Source: Gekko japonicus (lineage: Eukaryota). Taken from it: a DNA stretch of 64,000 bases. The notes beneath the pieces were generated by a model, which made no database searches, was not told the DNA's origin, and worked only from the letters and a program-made list of their open reading frames with translations. The stretch covers positions 396,032-460,031 of the forward strand of contig NW_015160245.1 of NCBI RefSeq assembly GCF_001447785.1. The letters run 5' to 3'. A program made the translations under genes and the position numbers. Positions 11,598 to 23,485 of the stretch are shown piece by piece; within the stretch, counting starts at the first letter, position 1; each line of letters begins with the position of its first letter.

Positions 11598-13725
11598 AAC
11601 CCCCCCAGTCAGCCAGAGGGCCCTTTACATCCTGCAGGGAGGGAGAGGGAGAGGGGCAGGCCCACCCCTTCCCTGAACTCCAAGGCTGTTCCTTTAGATG
11701 GGGGGGGGGGCTGCCCACACCTGAACTCCAAGCAGCTAAATCATCACTTGGAGTTCAGGGAAGGGGTGCGGGGGTCCTCTCCCTCCCCCCCCCAACAAAA
11801 TTTCCCCACACCCCACCAACCCAGAATTTCTGTTTAGGGGGCTGGTCCGAGGGCAGCCCCTTCACACACCCTCCTTCATGCCCCCCCCACACTACCCGCT
11901 GGCAAGGAAGAGGCTGCAGGGGGGGGTGGCACTCCCCAGGAGGTGCCAGGGTGTGTGTGTGTGCAGCTGAGGCAGGTGTTGGCTCTGTGCAATGAGGGCG
12001 CCTCCCCCCCTCTTCTCAGGGCTGGGGGCGGGGGCAGATGCCTCCGAAGAGGGCCCAGCCACCACCCCTTGAATATAGGGGGCAGTGGCCCAGCCCGCAA
12101 TAGGGCAGGGGAAAGACCACGTCACTACCAGCAAGAAACACAGCCCGCCGGGAAGAGCATGACCACGTTGTTATTTTATTAGTTTGGCGGAGTGGAAGAA
12201 GTCCGTTAAGAGTTTGTTAGTTGCGCGCCTGTCCAGATAGGTTCTTTGGAAGGCATTCTATGAAAGGATGTCAGAGTGGAACGACCAGACAGAGGGAAGA
12301 AGTCCTCTAAAGGGGAAAAAGAGAAACAAAATAATAATAAAACCATAACATTTTATCTGCCAAAAGACAATGTGATTCTATCTTTATGTATATATATATT
12401 TTTGGAGAATAAGATGTTTGTTTATTATGGAACAAGCTGATAGTCTCAGAAGTCCTTCTTTCTAACATACGTTATGGTTTTATTATGCTGACCAGTCCTT
12501 GACTGGACAAGAGTATTTAACAGCTAATTTTGGGCAATTGTAAGACTTCAGAACACAATATGTTGTTGCATGTGGTTGTGTGATTTAAAACAGTGTGAAA
12601 ACTTTATCCGATATTTAAAGGTCAGGTGCTTTATGATCATTGGAAGGAGTCACGGACATCACAATTCTGTTGACTCTGATGTAATTATTTAATAACTGGT
12701 TTTTTGAACTCTATTGCTATAAGGCAATTCAAATTGTTTCTTAGTTGGGTTTTGCAGTTAGGACACACCTCCTTTATTGCCCTGGCAATTAATTTTACAG
12801 ACCTATTACACTGGCTTTTCCCCTCTCACGTTTTGGAGGCATGAAATCATTTTGTTATACATACTGAAGACAATCAGTTAGGACCAAAACAGGCTGTTCC
12901 TGGGACCTTGTCTTTTTCATGCCAATGCTGAGATTCACACTTTATCACATATTTGTTTAATTTTGATCCCGCCCTTCCCTCATGCCGGCTCAGGGCGGGT
13001 TACAGCAGGTAAAACTCACAACCATAAAACCAGCCCTCCTTTTATTCGCTTCTCTCGTTGCTCTCTGCATAGGAAGACTATTTTTCATTCATTGTTTATA
13101 TGGAGTTAAATCTATTATTTATTTTGTAATTATATTGGATGGTTTTGTTATGCACTGTGATATTTATGTTACTGTCCAATTTTTATAAGTACAAATATTT
13201 TTGCTTTACGTAATTATTCATGTAATGGTTGCCTGCCTTTCTGTTTGAAGGCTGTGGTTTTGTTTCTTTCTTCCCACTTTCAGAGTGTCCATCAACACCC
13301 CCCTCCCCACTCAGACCCTGAACCTCCACGCGTGCACACACACACACACACACACTGAGCCTTAGGCTGAGAGTCAGGAAACGGAAGCGGCATCATTTCC
13401 CCTCCCCCCCAGGAGCCCCTTGCTTCTGCCAGCCCCACAGTTGGACAGCAGCCCCCTGGGTAGCCTGACAAGATGGTGCCCTAGAGGGTGCTCTGGCCCC
13501 TGCACGGCCGTGGGCAGGAGGAGATGGAGGAGCCCCGTGGGTGTATGTAGCACCAGTCTCGTCAGAGGAAGGGCAGTACTACATGGGTGTGACCAGCTGC
13601 CACCACGCTCTCTGGCCTGTGGGCTTCTCCTAGCTCTGGCAGTGCCACAGGAGCTGCACTGGCACTTCTGGCACGCACAGCTGGAAGCCCTGCTAATGCC
13701 CAGAGAACTCCAGAGTCCTCCTGAC

Positions 13726-13931
13726 CAAGGCTCCCTCTAAGTTGTGGAGTCCTGTGAGCAAAGATTCCACTTTGTGAGCTACTGGCATGAAAGTTGTGAG
13801 CGAGGGATTGGGCTGCAGCATACATTAGTTTGCTCTGGACCCATCCTTCCTGAGCTAAGGCAAAAATGTGTGCGCCGGAGGCTAGAAAGCTGTGACCTAG
13901 CTCACACTAACTCAGCTTAGAGGGAACACTG
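13726..13931. mobile_element. Second copy of the same hAT-type MITE
   Basis: Colinear with 34090-34297; TSD ctcctgac / cccctgac (7 of 8). Confidence 0.85.
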
Positions 13932-15617
13932 CCCCTGACCCAGCTTCAGGCACCCAAGTCCCAGGGCCGGGCTAATCCCAACGAATGCCACCCGCCCTGC
14001 CCGGGGCCGAGGCCTGCCAAGGCCCACAGCCACGTCTCCCACCCCACCAGAGTGAGTTCTGCCTGGAGCCCCCAGGAGTCCTCTTGCCTGTGGGGGCGGG
14101 GGGGGGGGGGAAACCCACTGGCCCAGGGGCTGCATGTGGAAAGCCTGTGCTCGCCACTCTCTGCACATGGGTGCCACCAAGTGATAAGACACTGCCAGGC
14201 AGGAAGGAGAGCGTGGCACCATCTGCCTTTGGCACACCAGCTCGGCTGGACCAGGGCAGTGGAGAAAGAAAGTGCCCGTCCCAGCTGTCTGCCTACAAAG
14301 GCCTGCCTGTGGCCACCGCTGAGATCATGTCCCCGGTGACAGGCGAGGAATCCGGTGGAAACACGGTGGCTGCCGCCCCACCACAGCCACAGGACAGAGG
14401 GAGTAGCTCCCAGCTGCCAGTTACGCTGCCCTCGCAGGAAGGCCGGCTTGCTCTTTGCCAAGGAACAGTCCTCCCGCTGGGTCTGGCAGGCGCAAAGCGA
14501 AGGCTAGCCAGGGAGGGGGGAGTACGGAGGGGAGGGGGGAAGCCCTTTGCTCTGCTGCCTTCCGCGCTCGGCCCCAGCTTGGGTGGCTGGAGGGGTTCCT
14601 TCCCTCCTCCCTTTCCACCGCCAGAGCCCCCCTCCTTCGGAAGGACAGAGAGAGCCACAGATACCAGATGTGTTTCCACAGCAGCCTCCAAGAGCCGCCC
14701 CGGCACTCGCCCTTTCTCAGGCTGCTGCGCTGAGGTCTCGGGGACACAGCTGGGCGGGCTGAGCTGGGGGGGGCGGGGCTGGGCTCCCCGAGGAAGCCTC
14801 AACCCACAGCCGGGGCCCAGGGCCCACCAGCCGCCTGCTGCCCTCAACTTCCCTTCGGCACAGGCAGGCTCGGCCTTTGTCAGGGGAAGGCCCCTGCGCT
14901 GGCTGCAGCTGTCAGGAAGCAGCTCTGACACCCTGACCGGGGTGGGGGTGGGGGAAGGACATGCTGCCTGCAGCCCAGCAGTCCCCCCTCCCCCTCCCAT
15001 CTCTGTGGCTGCTAGGCCAGCCTCCCCCCTCCCAAGGAGCCCCAAAGTCGAGCTGGGCTGCAGTTTGGAGGGAGGGGGGTCACTCCCCACCCATGCTCAG
15101 AATGGAGTCGTTTGCCTGGCTAGCCTAAAACGGGCAGGGCCGAAACCGTTTGTTTCCCTGCAGTCCCCCCACACAAGGCCCCTGCTCCTGGCCACAGGCT
15201 GGAAGGACACTCAGCCCAGCTGGGGTCGGGGCCTTCGTTCTGAAACCCACCCGGGGAGAGAGCAGAGCAGAGGAAGGCACCCCCTCCTGGTCAGCTTGGC
15301 CTGCAGAGTCACTAAGCTGAACTCTCGCTGGCTGGCTGGCACTGGCCTCAAAAACTTCCCACAGAAACCAGAGATGGTGCGCTGCAGGCAGACCGACAGA
15401 GCTGGCCCTGGGGCTCTCTGAGCATGCCACGCCCACTGCCCCGATCCACCTGCCCTCGGCTGCAGGCCACCACAGACTCCGCGCCAGATGCCCCGCCCAG
15501 GACGCTCTGAGGTTCCAGGCACGCCTCTGGCCCAAGGGAGGATGTGCCCCTTTCACGCCCCCGGCCAGTAGGCCGGTCCCCAAAGTTGCAGCCTCCCCCC
15601 GTCAAGCATCTCCTTAC

Positions 15618-16531
15618 CTTGGGAGAGGCGGGTGGGGCGAGTCACGGCCAGGCCATCAATGGCGCAAGGGTTGCCACAGGGGTGCAGGGTGAGAGTCCCG
15701 TGCGCGTTCTCAATGAAGCAGTGCTGGGGGGCCACGCCAGCCCCTTGCAGCACGACGTCCCCGGTAGCCGAGCCCAGCACGGTCCTGCCTACAAAAAGAG
15801 ACGGTGAGCGACTCGGCGGGGCTGGGGGCTGCCTCCCTCTGCTCTGCCAATACGGGGCCGGCAGGGCGATGGGGATGGAGCCTGGGTGCGCCAAAGCACC
15901 GAGGGGTACAGCCACGAGGACTCTGGCAGACGATGGCAGCCTGTCCCCAAGGGCCCCCGTGCCTCCCTGCTTACCCTCCTCCAGCGGCAGCAGGGTGATG
16001 GCGGTGCTGAGGCGCCCGCTGCCCAGGCTGACCAGGTGGGGCTTCTCGGTCTGCACCTGCAAGCCCTTCCCGGCCTCGGTCAGGTCCACGATCTTGCTCT
16101 GGAGGACAGGCAGAGAGAGAGGACATGTCACAGGCAGGCAGGGAGCTCCCGAGCAGCTCAGTCTAATAGGATCACGGGGCAAGACAATTAACCTCCCCGG
16201 TGGGGGGGGGGGATTTCTGGCCAATCCCTTTAACTGGGCAATCAGAGGAGTTGGGGGGGGGAGGGACCAAGGAGGTGCGGCACCGCAGGGCTCTGGGAGG
16301 AGGATTCCAGGGCAGGACAGAGGCCCTCCGGGGGGTGGCCCCCAAACCTGGGAGCACCTCTGCTCGGCAAAGGCAAGCTGGGCCTTTTCTGGCCTGACCC
16401 CTTCCTAGGCTCCGTGAGGAGGGCTAAAATGAGCTGTACCATGACCACACCCACCCCCCCGGCAGACTCACTTGGACGGGTGCCTGTGCTCGGAAGGTGG
16501 GCGCCACCCGACTGCGGCTACAGGTCTCCAT
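15618..16531 (-). CDS. PHLDB1: Pleckstrin homology-like domain family B member 1 (LL5-alpha), first three coding exons (FHA-like N-terminal region); the rest of the gene is not seen
   Basis: Exons 16531-16472 (gccATGG, METCSRSRVAPTFRAQAPVQ|gtgagt), 16098-15975 (SKIVDLTEAGKGLQVQTEKPHLVSLGSGRLSTAITLLPLEE) and 15788-15618 (GRTVLGSATGDVVLQG...HCFIENAHGTLTLHPCGNPCAIDGL...RLSQ). All GT-AG with consistent phases. Matches the recalled PHLDB1 N-terminus and synteny next to ARCN1. Confidence 0.93.
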
Positions 16532-19500
16532 GGCCACGGCCCTCTGTCGGGGCTATCGAGCTCTCTTCCCGGTTTCCTGTTGTTTTCCTTTTGGAAGCCA
16601 CTTTAGGCAGGTCCCCGGAGTGGCGGCACGGACATCTTCTAAACAAGCAGATGCAGAAGAATAAATCAAAACGGGCTCTCCGGACTGCCTGATCCAGCAG
16701 AGCCAACGGAGCTCCTTCTCTGAGCAGCACCCAGATGGCCTTTCTGGACCGCTCCCCCCCCCCCCGCTGGCTGTTGAGCCAAACAACTGGAAAACTGTGC
16801 AGGAGTGGGATCGCTTATCCAGCCGTGAGCCTCGCCTCTCCTCTCCTCCCCACCCCCTCTCCCCGGCCTTCTCGCCAGACACAGCACCAGGGGCCTGTGT
16901 GCGCCATGGTCACTCTGGAAGCACATGAGGCCCTGAAGGTGCCATTTTGCGTTGCCAGAGCTTTGAGAATGACACCAGTGTGACTCTGACCTTCAGCACA
17001 CAGGGCCGCATTTCAGCCTGCCCCCCCACTCTCCCCAGGGCATGCAGAACATATGATCCCTCCCCCCCCCCGTTCAGAAGCAAGCCCCCCGTGAGCCCCA
17101 CGACTGCCCTGCCCTGGCCCCCCCCCCCCCGGGCACGCACGCTGAGCAGACAGAGGCCCCGGCTACCACCAAAGCCCCTCGAGACCCCCGCCCATTCTGG
17201 GGAGGACGGGGCAAGACAGGCACCCCTCAGCTGGCCTGGGTGTGGGCAGGCCCCCCGGGGAGAGGAGCAGACGCCCCCCCCCCAGCATTATCTTGGGCTT
17301 CTGGCCTCCCGCAGCCGGCTCTCTGGGGCCGTGGGGCAAAAGAGCTCCCTTGGGGGGGGGCACCCTGTGGCTTCTCCCCCTGCCCCAGCCCGTCCCTCTG
17401 CAAGTGCTGACAAGTGCTCTGTTCGGGGAGCCAGACAAAGAGCCTTTCTTCTCCCTTCTTGGGGCTGCCAGAGAATGCGGCCTTTGTGCGGCTACTGGGT
17501 GAGGCCGGGCAGCTCAGGCCACAGGGTCCGGCCCCGCTCCAGCCCCCCCCCGCTTGGCCGGACTGATCTGCTTGGGCACTTTTAACTGGCTTCCCCTCAG
17601 CTCAGCACAGACGCAAAGCGGCTTATGATGCACAGGGAGGCCCCAAGAGAAAGTCACCAACTGTACACAACATTTCCACGCAGAACCCTCAGAGCGAGAA
17701 GGGGGGCAGAGCCCAGAGCCGGAGGTAAGAGCTCTGCCCTCGATGGAAGCGGGAAGTGTCTGTCCCCCCCCCCCAAGAGGCAGGAAGGCCAGAAGGTCCA
17801 GCCCAAAGCAGGAAGGCAAGGGGGAGTGGGGGGGCTGGTCGCCTGCCCTTTGCCCCTCCTGGGCCTGGCCCTCCCCAGGCAGCCTGGGAAAGATGGAGGC
17901 GGGAGCCCGCCAGGCCAGGCCATGAGACGAAGGAACAAATAGGGAAGGACTGACTGGAGCAGGGCTGAGTCAACCCACCCACGGCTTGGCTCTCCTTAAG
18001 CGAGGGCGACTCATGTCTTCCTTGGCCTCCCCTTCCAAGACACAAGACTCTGCCGAGCCCAAGAGGGGCAAGCGGAACAGGGCCAAGAAACTGGCACCCA
18101 CACGGTGCCCTAACGGTCCAGAAGACGCCAGGTGGCAGGAGGCCGGAGGCCTCCCCCGGGGCATGCTTTCTCTTGGGCCCCTCCAAGGCAGCAGCTCCTG
18201 CAGGCCCCCCCCCAGGCACAGGCGGGGGGGGGGCTCTGACTGAGAATTCCCAGCTGCAATTGCCCCAGGCTCGCTGGGAGAGCAAACACGCCTTTCAGCC
18301 CCCCAACACAGAGACCGGACCCGGGAGGAGGCAATGCCCAGCCCGGGGGGGGGGGCAATTTGCCAGGATGACACATGGGCAAGCGTGCCCACACCCACTT
18401 TGCCCCAACTGCTGAGATCAGGCCCCCCCTGAGGTCCCTTTTGTGCCCCTTCTTCAGGTGTCCTCACACCCAAAGGGAGCTGGCTGAAGTCCCCAGAAGG
18501 AAGAAGCCCGCCCCCCCCCAGCCACTGGCAGGCCGGTTTCTTTACTACGTTGAGTTGTAGCACTAGACAACATTTCCCTAAGTCAAGTGCTGATGAGGAG
18601 GAGAGCTCCTAAGAGGCCTGAAACAGATGCTGAGAACTCACAACTGCCACAGCTGCCTACTCGAAAAGCCCTCCGAAGGTGGTGGTGGTGGGGGTCTGCA
18701 GACGGCAGGAAAGGACAGCCACCCCCTCCCCCCAGATCCCAGCAGAGGCTTGCAAATACCCACCTCCAGTTCTGCCACCGCTGCCCTGAGGCGGCAGTTT
18801 CCGCCGAGGAGGAGGGGTTAACAATGGCAGCCCCACTCTCTGCGTTCACCACCCCGGGGCCTGGCAGCAAGTTTCCCTCCTCTGCTGGGCTGGCCTCTAA
18901 GCTGCCTTGCCACCTCTCCCTGCAGTCCAACAGCTGCACCCACCAGTGCCCCCCCTTCCTTAACGGGGGGGGGAGGGAGAAAGTGCTCATGTCTCCAGCC
19001 GTTTCATTGTGGCAATCCGCTCCGCAAGTTCCTCAAGCGCACAGAAGCCTGCGAAGGGTGCTGCTGCACCCAGCAGGAGAGGGAAGCATCCCATCTTTCA
19101 GCCAGGGGTGCCGGCCCTGCACTGGGTGTGGGTGTCGGAGGGCGAGATGGCTCCTGCTCTGGGATTCTCAGATTCCCCGACGTGAGGGGAGCGAACCTTA
19201 AGAGAGGAGAAGCCGGAAGGGCCCTCAAGACCCCCCCCCCCGTCCAAGCCCCTGCCCCACGCAGGAGGGCCCCGAAAGCTTCCCTNNNNNNNNNNNNNNN
19301 NNNNNNNNNNNNNNNNNNNNNNNNNNNNNNNNNNNNNNNNNNNNNNNNNNNNNNNNNNNNNNNNNNNNNNNNNNNNNNNNNNNNNNNNNNNNNNNNNNNN
19401 NNNNNNNNNNNNNNNNNNNNNNNNNNNNNNNNNNNNNNNNNNNNNNNNNNNNNNNNNNNNNNNNNNNNNNNNNNNNNNNNNNNNNNNNNNNNNNNNNNNN

Positions 19501-19823
19501 NNNNNNNNNNNNNNNNNNNNNNNNNNNNNNNNNNNNNNNNNNNNNNNNNNNNNNNNNNNNNNNNNNNNNNNNNNNNNNNNNNNNNNNNNNNNNNNNNNNN
19601 NNNNNNNNNNNNNNNNNNNNNNNNNNNNNNNNNNNNNNNNNNNNNNNNNNNNNNNNNNNNNNNNNNNNNNNNNNNNNNNNNNNNNNNNNNNNNNNNNNNN
19701 NNNNNNNNNNNNNNNNNNNNNNNNNNNNNNNNNNNNNNNNNNNNNNNNNNNNNNNNNNNNNNNNNNNNNNNNNNNNNNNNNNNNNNNNNNNNNNNNNNNN
19801 NNNNNNNNNNNNNNNNNNNNNNN

Positions 19824-20300
19824 GCCCACCCCGGGGGCGGGCTGGAGACCACTCTGCCGGCGCCCGCCCCCCCCACCCGAGGCTGCCCAGTCGGCGCCAC
19901 CTGCCGGCCCCTGGAAGGAGGGCGAGGGCGGCGCGGGAGGGCGGCTTGGCCACTGCCGGCCTGCTGCTTCCCGGGTGGAGGGAAGCGGACCCGCCTCCCC
20001 CCCCAGCCCCTCCCCGCACAGCTGCCGGGCCCGAGAGGGATTCCCCTGCCCGCGCGCCGCCCTCCGGAGTCAGGGGAGCAGAAGCGCCCGCCCGCGGCCC
20101 CGCAGGGGACAGAGAGTGACGAGCGCCGCGGAGACAAAGGCGCGGGCTGCAGAGCACGTGGCGCCGGAGCGCCCCCTGGCCGCCGAGAGGCCGGCCTCCT
20201 TCCTTCCCTCCCCCGGGAAGGCCAGTCTCGCCAGGGAAGAGCCCCAGGTGGTAGGCTGCAGCAGCGGCAGAACGCAGCGAGCGCTCAGCGGGGCACCCTT
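19824..20300 (-). promoter_or_regulatory. CpG island, probable PHLDB1 promoter or non-coding first exon
   Basis: CpG-dense GC-rich stretch with GC boxes and a CACGTG E-box (~20155). It abuts an N-gap and lies between the ARCN1 poly(A) signal and the PHLDB1 start exon. Confidence 0.5.
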
Positions 20301-21899
20301 AACAACAACAACAACAACGGCTTGTTCAAGGTAGGAGCCTCCGCGTGCACCCCGCACCGGAAAGGAAGCTGTATCGAGAAGGCCGACATCTAGCTTCCTT
20401 TCCAGTGCATTTGAGCAAGGGCGGGTGTACACTGAGGCTCCTACCTTGAACCAACCTGTGTTGGTCTTAACGGTGTCCCACTGGGCTCCAAATCTGGTCT
20501 CATGATAGGAAAAGAGAGGGCCTCCAGGATAACAGGAGGGCCTGCAGTCTGAGCAAAGTGATGAAGGGACAGGGCGTCTTGGAGAACATCAATTCACCAG
20601 GTTGCCAAGTCAGAAGTGACTTAGCAGCACACACCCGCAGGCAGAGAGATTTGCACCAGGACACCAGCAGGGGGAGTACACTGCCCCAACGCTAAGCAGG
20701 GGCTGATCTTTAATGTCAACGTCCCTACTGCAGCAGAGGATCCCCCAGAGGCCCTGTACACACCTGCATCCCCATTTCCTGCAGTCTGGATGCAGCCGTC
20801 CTGCCAGCATCTGCACCCCACCCACCCTGGCACTCTCCATTCCAACAGAATCTGCGTTGCCATGCGTGCACACGGGACTCGGACTCCGAGGGACTTCTAG
20901 GCAAGGTGCAGGCCAGAGCCACCTCTGGAGGGCCCCAGATGGGGGAGCACCCCCCCCCACACAAGTGCTTTGGAAGATGCACGGGACACAGACCCAGGTC
21001 AAGCCGAGGAGCTCACAGAGACCAGCCTGACACAGCTAGTGAGGCGTGGTGGTTGCAGGAGCAGAGCAGACCAGGGACACCCCCTGCCCCATAAGCTTGC
21101 TGTGTGCCCTTGGGCTGGCTACCCACTCTCAGGGCTATTGCAAGGACAAAACAGAGGGCGGGAGGACAACAGGTGCCGCTGCCTTGAGTGTAAGCGGACT
21201 AAATAAGTAAAAAATAACAACCCAAAAACCTATCATTTATTTCCTTCCCTGGCCGCCTTTTGAGAGAAACGCAGCCAAGCCTGGCCCGCCCCTCCCAAAG
21301 AACTGCTGTGCTCCTCCATTGCAGGCCCAGCAAGCACCTCTCAGACTGGGACAGGTCAGCAGCTGCAGCCACAAGGCCGGGGCCCCCATCCAGCTACCAG
21401 CATCCTGGTCCAGAGAATGGCAAGTGCGGGACTCCAAGCCCGCCGGGCCAGCCCCCCTCTGGCCCTGCAAGCTGCAGGGGAGGCTCGGCAGGGCTCACTG
21501 GGGTGGGCTACTGCAGTCGGAAGGCACCTGGGTGCCAGGAGCTGTGGGGTGGCCCAGTGCACCCAAAGGACGTGCTGCCATACTGGACGGGCGAGGTGGG
21601 CGGAGCAGCAGCGAGTCTTCGCCTGCAACTCAAGACAGACCCCAAGGCCAAGGGGAAGAGGGAGGAGCCCACCACCCCACACCAGAATGGCAAAATGCAC
21701 TCTGTGCTGTCCACTGTCCCCTGCGGCTTCCTCTCACCCTCCATGACCTCTTTGCCACTCCGAGCTTCCACAACATACACTTGCCCAAATCCACTGCCAC
21801 CAGGCATGTGCCAAAAGCTCCATAACATCCCCAGCGGCCACAGGGGAGTTCCCACCAGATCTGTACCAGAAGCAACTCTGCCACTTGGCCACCATCCCG

Positions 21900-21947
21900 C
21901 CCCCCCCCCCCCCCCCCCTTCCCCCCCCCCCCCCCCCCCCCCCCCCC
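21900..21947. repeat. Poly-C/poly-G tract
   Basis: About 46 C interrupted once by TT. Confidence 0.9.
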
Positions 21948-22577
21948 AACCAGGCAGGCTCACTCAGAGGGCAGCCGAATGGACACAATCCTGCCACCCG
22001 CCCCCAACAATGGGCATGGAGAAGTCTGCTGCTACTTGGGGAGCGGGAGGGTCGGCTGGGGCCCTGGAATCCCCCCTCAGCCTGCTAAACTACTGGCCAC
22101 CTCTACCTCTGGGGACTGTGAATTCCACAATTTAATTCCTTGTGGAATGAAGTGGTATTTATTTTATCTGTTGCCTCTCTACTGCCCATCAACTTCATTG
22201 GGTGCCGCAAAGTGTAGTTTTTTGGGAAGTGGGGCCAAAAGTTACAGCCCAACCTCTTCTCCTCCCAGGGACTTTCAAGAAGATATTTGTGGAAGGATCC
22301 GTTCCAAAAAGCCTGAGATGCTCAGGGTGCCCAGCCCTGCTCAAAAGGAGTGTGTGTCGTTGGCCAGAGAGACCTTTCTGACGGGGTCCCTGTGGGGGAG
22401 AAGAGTGCAACCCACCCAGTGCCCAGGGCAGCTTCCTGGAGCCGCCACGTTCAGCTGAGAGACAGATGCAGACAAACCTCTTTCCCCACCAGCCCACGGG
22501 CTCTTCCACAGCATTCGCATAATAATCTCCCCCCCCCCGCCCGCCACCAACCCCAGACGCAGCCTTTTAGAATACTC

Positions 22578-22583
22578 TTTATT
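22578..22583 (-). terminator. Probable ARCN1 polyadenylation signal (AATAAA)
   Basis: tttatt on the + strand about 0.9 kb past the ARCN1 stop, after an AT-rich UTR end. Confidence 0.6.
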
Positions 22584-23485
22584 TGATCAAGGGGGCTGGG
22601 AGTCTCTGTGTACATCGGAATGTGTTATTTCCTAAGTCATTGTTTTACAGGGTTACAAAACCTCCTTTAAATATCACCCCTGCCCCTGTTACCTAAGGAC
22701 AGAACGAAAGCCTCGTTGGGTGATGGCACTTGCTCCCCTTTTAAAAATCAGACTGACAAGGCGGGCACACGGGCGGGTCGAGAGGATTCACAGCTACAAC
22801 CTACAGGACAGGGCACCCCTCCCCCACCTTCACCCAGGACACTCTGAAAAGGGTCTCCTCTGCAACCCAGCAGCGTGGGAGAGGCTGGTGACTTCTTCAG
22901 CATGCAAACGGGGCCTCACGAGACTGCCGCCCTTCCCTCCCACGGGGAGTCTGAGCCCCCCGCCCCGGCAGTTCAGATTGCATTTTGCTCCGTTCAACAG
23001 GAGGCAGCTTCCCCAGAGCCACGGAAGAGTCTTCAAGCCAAAGCCCAGAACAGGAACAGAGCTGCCTATGCTGCTGCTCTCCCCCCCCCGCCCCCGATTC
23101 CCTGGCAAGGGCTCAGCTGCGCAAGGGAAGAAAACGGCAGCAGCCAGTCGCGGTGCTCTGCCTCACTGCCGTCTCAGAGCTTGGCCACAGGTCCGGGATG
23201 GGGTGGGACAGCCACTCTCTCTCTTCCCCCCGAGCAGCACAAGAGATGCCAAGGAGTGGATGGGGGAAGAGACCTGCCACGGGGAGGAGTGTGCCAAGGC
23301 CCAGGGCGAAGGGGGCGATGCCAGAGAAGCAAGCAGCCTCTCCCTCCCTCCCTCCCTGGCTCTGACTTTGAAAATGTAAGCGGGAAAACTAACATGTCAA
23401 GAGTCCCCGGCCACGGAAAGAGCTGCGGCCCATTCCCAGAAGCCCCAGCCTCAAAGTCTTCCGTGCCGCTTCGTTGTAGAGAAGG

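Noticed and set aside
13985-15421. 478-aa plus-strand ORF and overlapping 265-aa minus-strand ORF
   Set aside because: Low-complexity Pro/Gly/Ala/Arg translations in GC-rich intronic DNA where stops are rare. No domain and no similarity to PHLDB1.
19004-20393. Long ORFs spanning N-gaps (also 27682-29447 and 35981-38233)
   Set aside because: Their length comes from runs of X. The real coding parts are explained by the exons listed.
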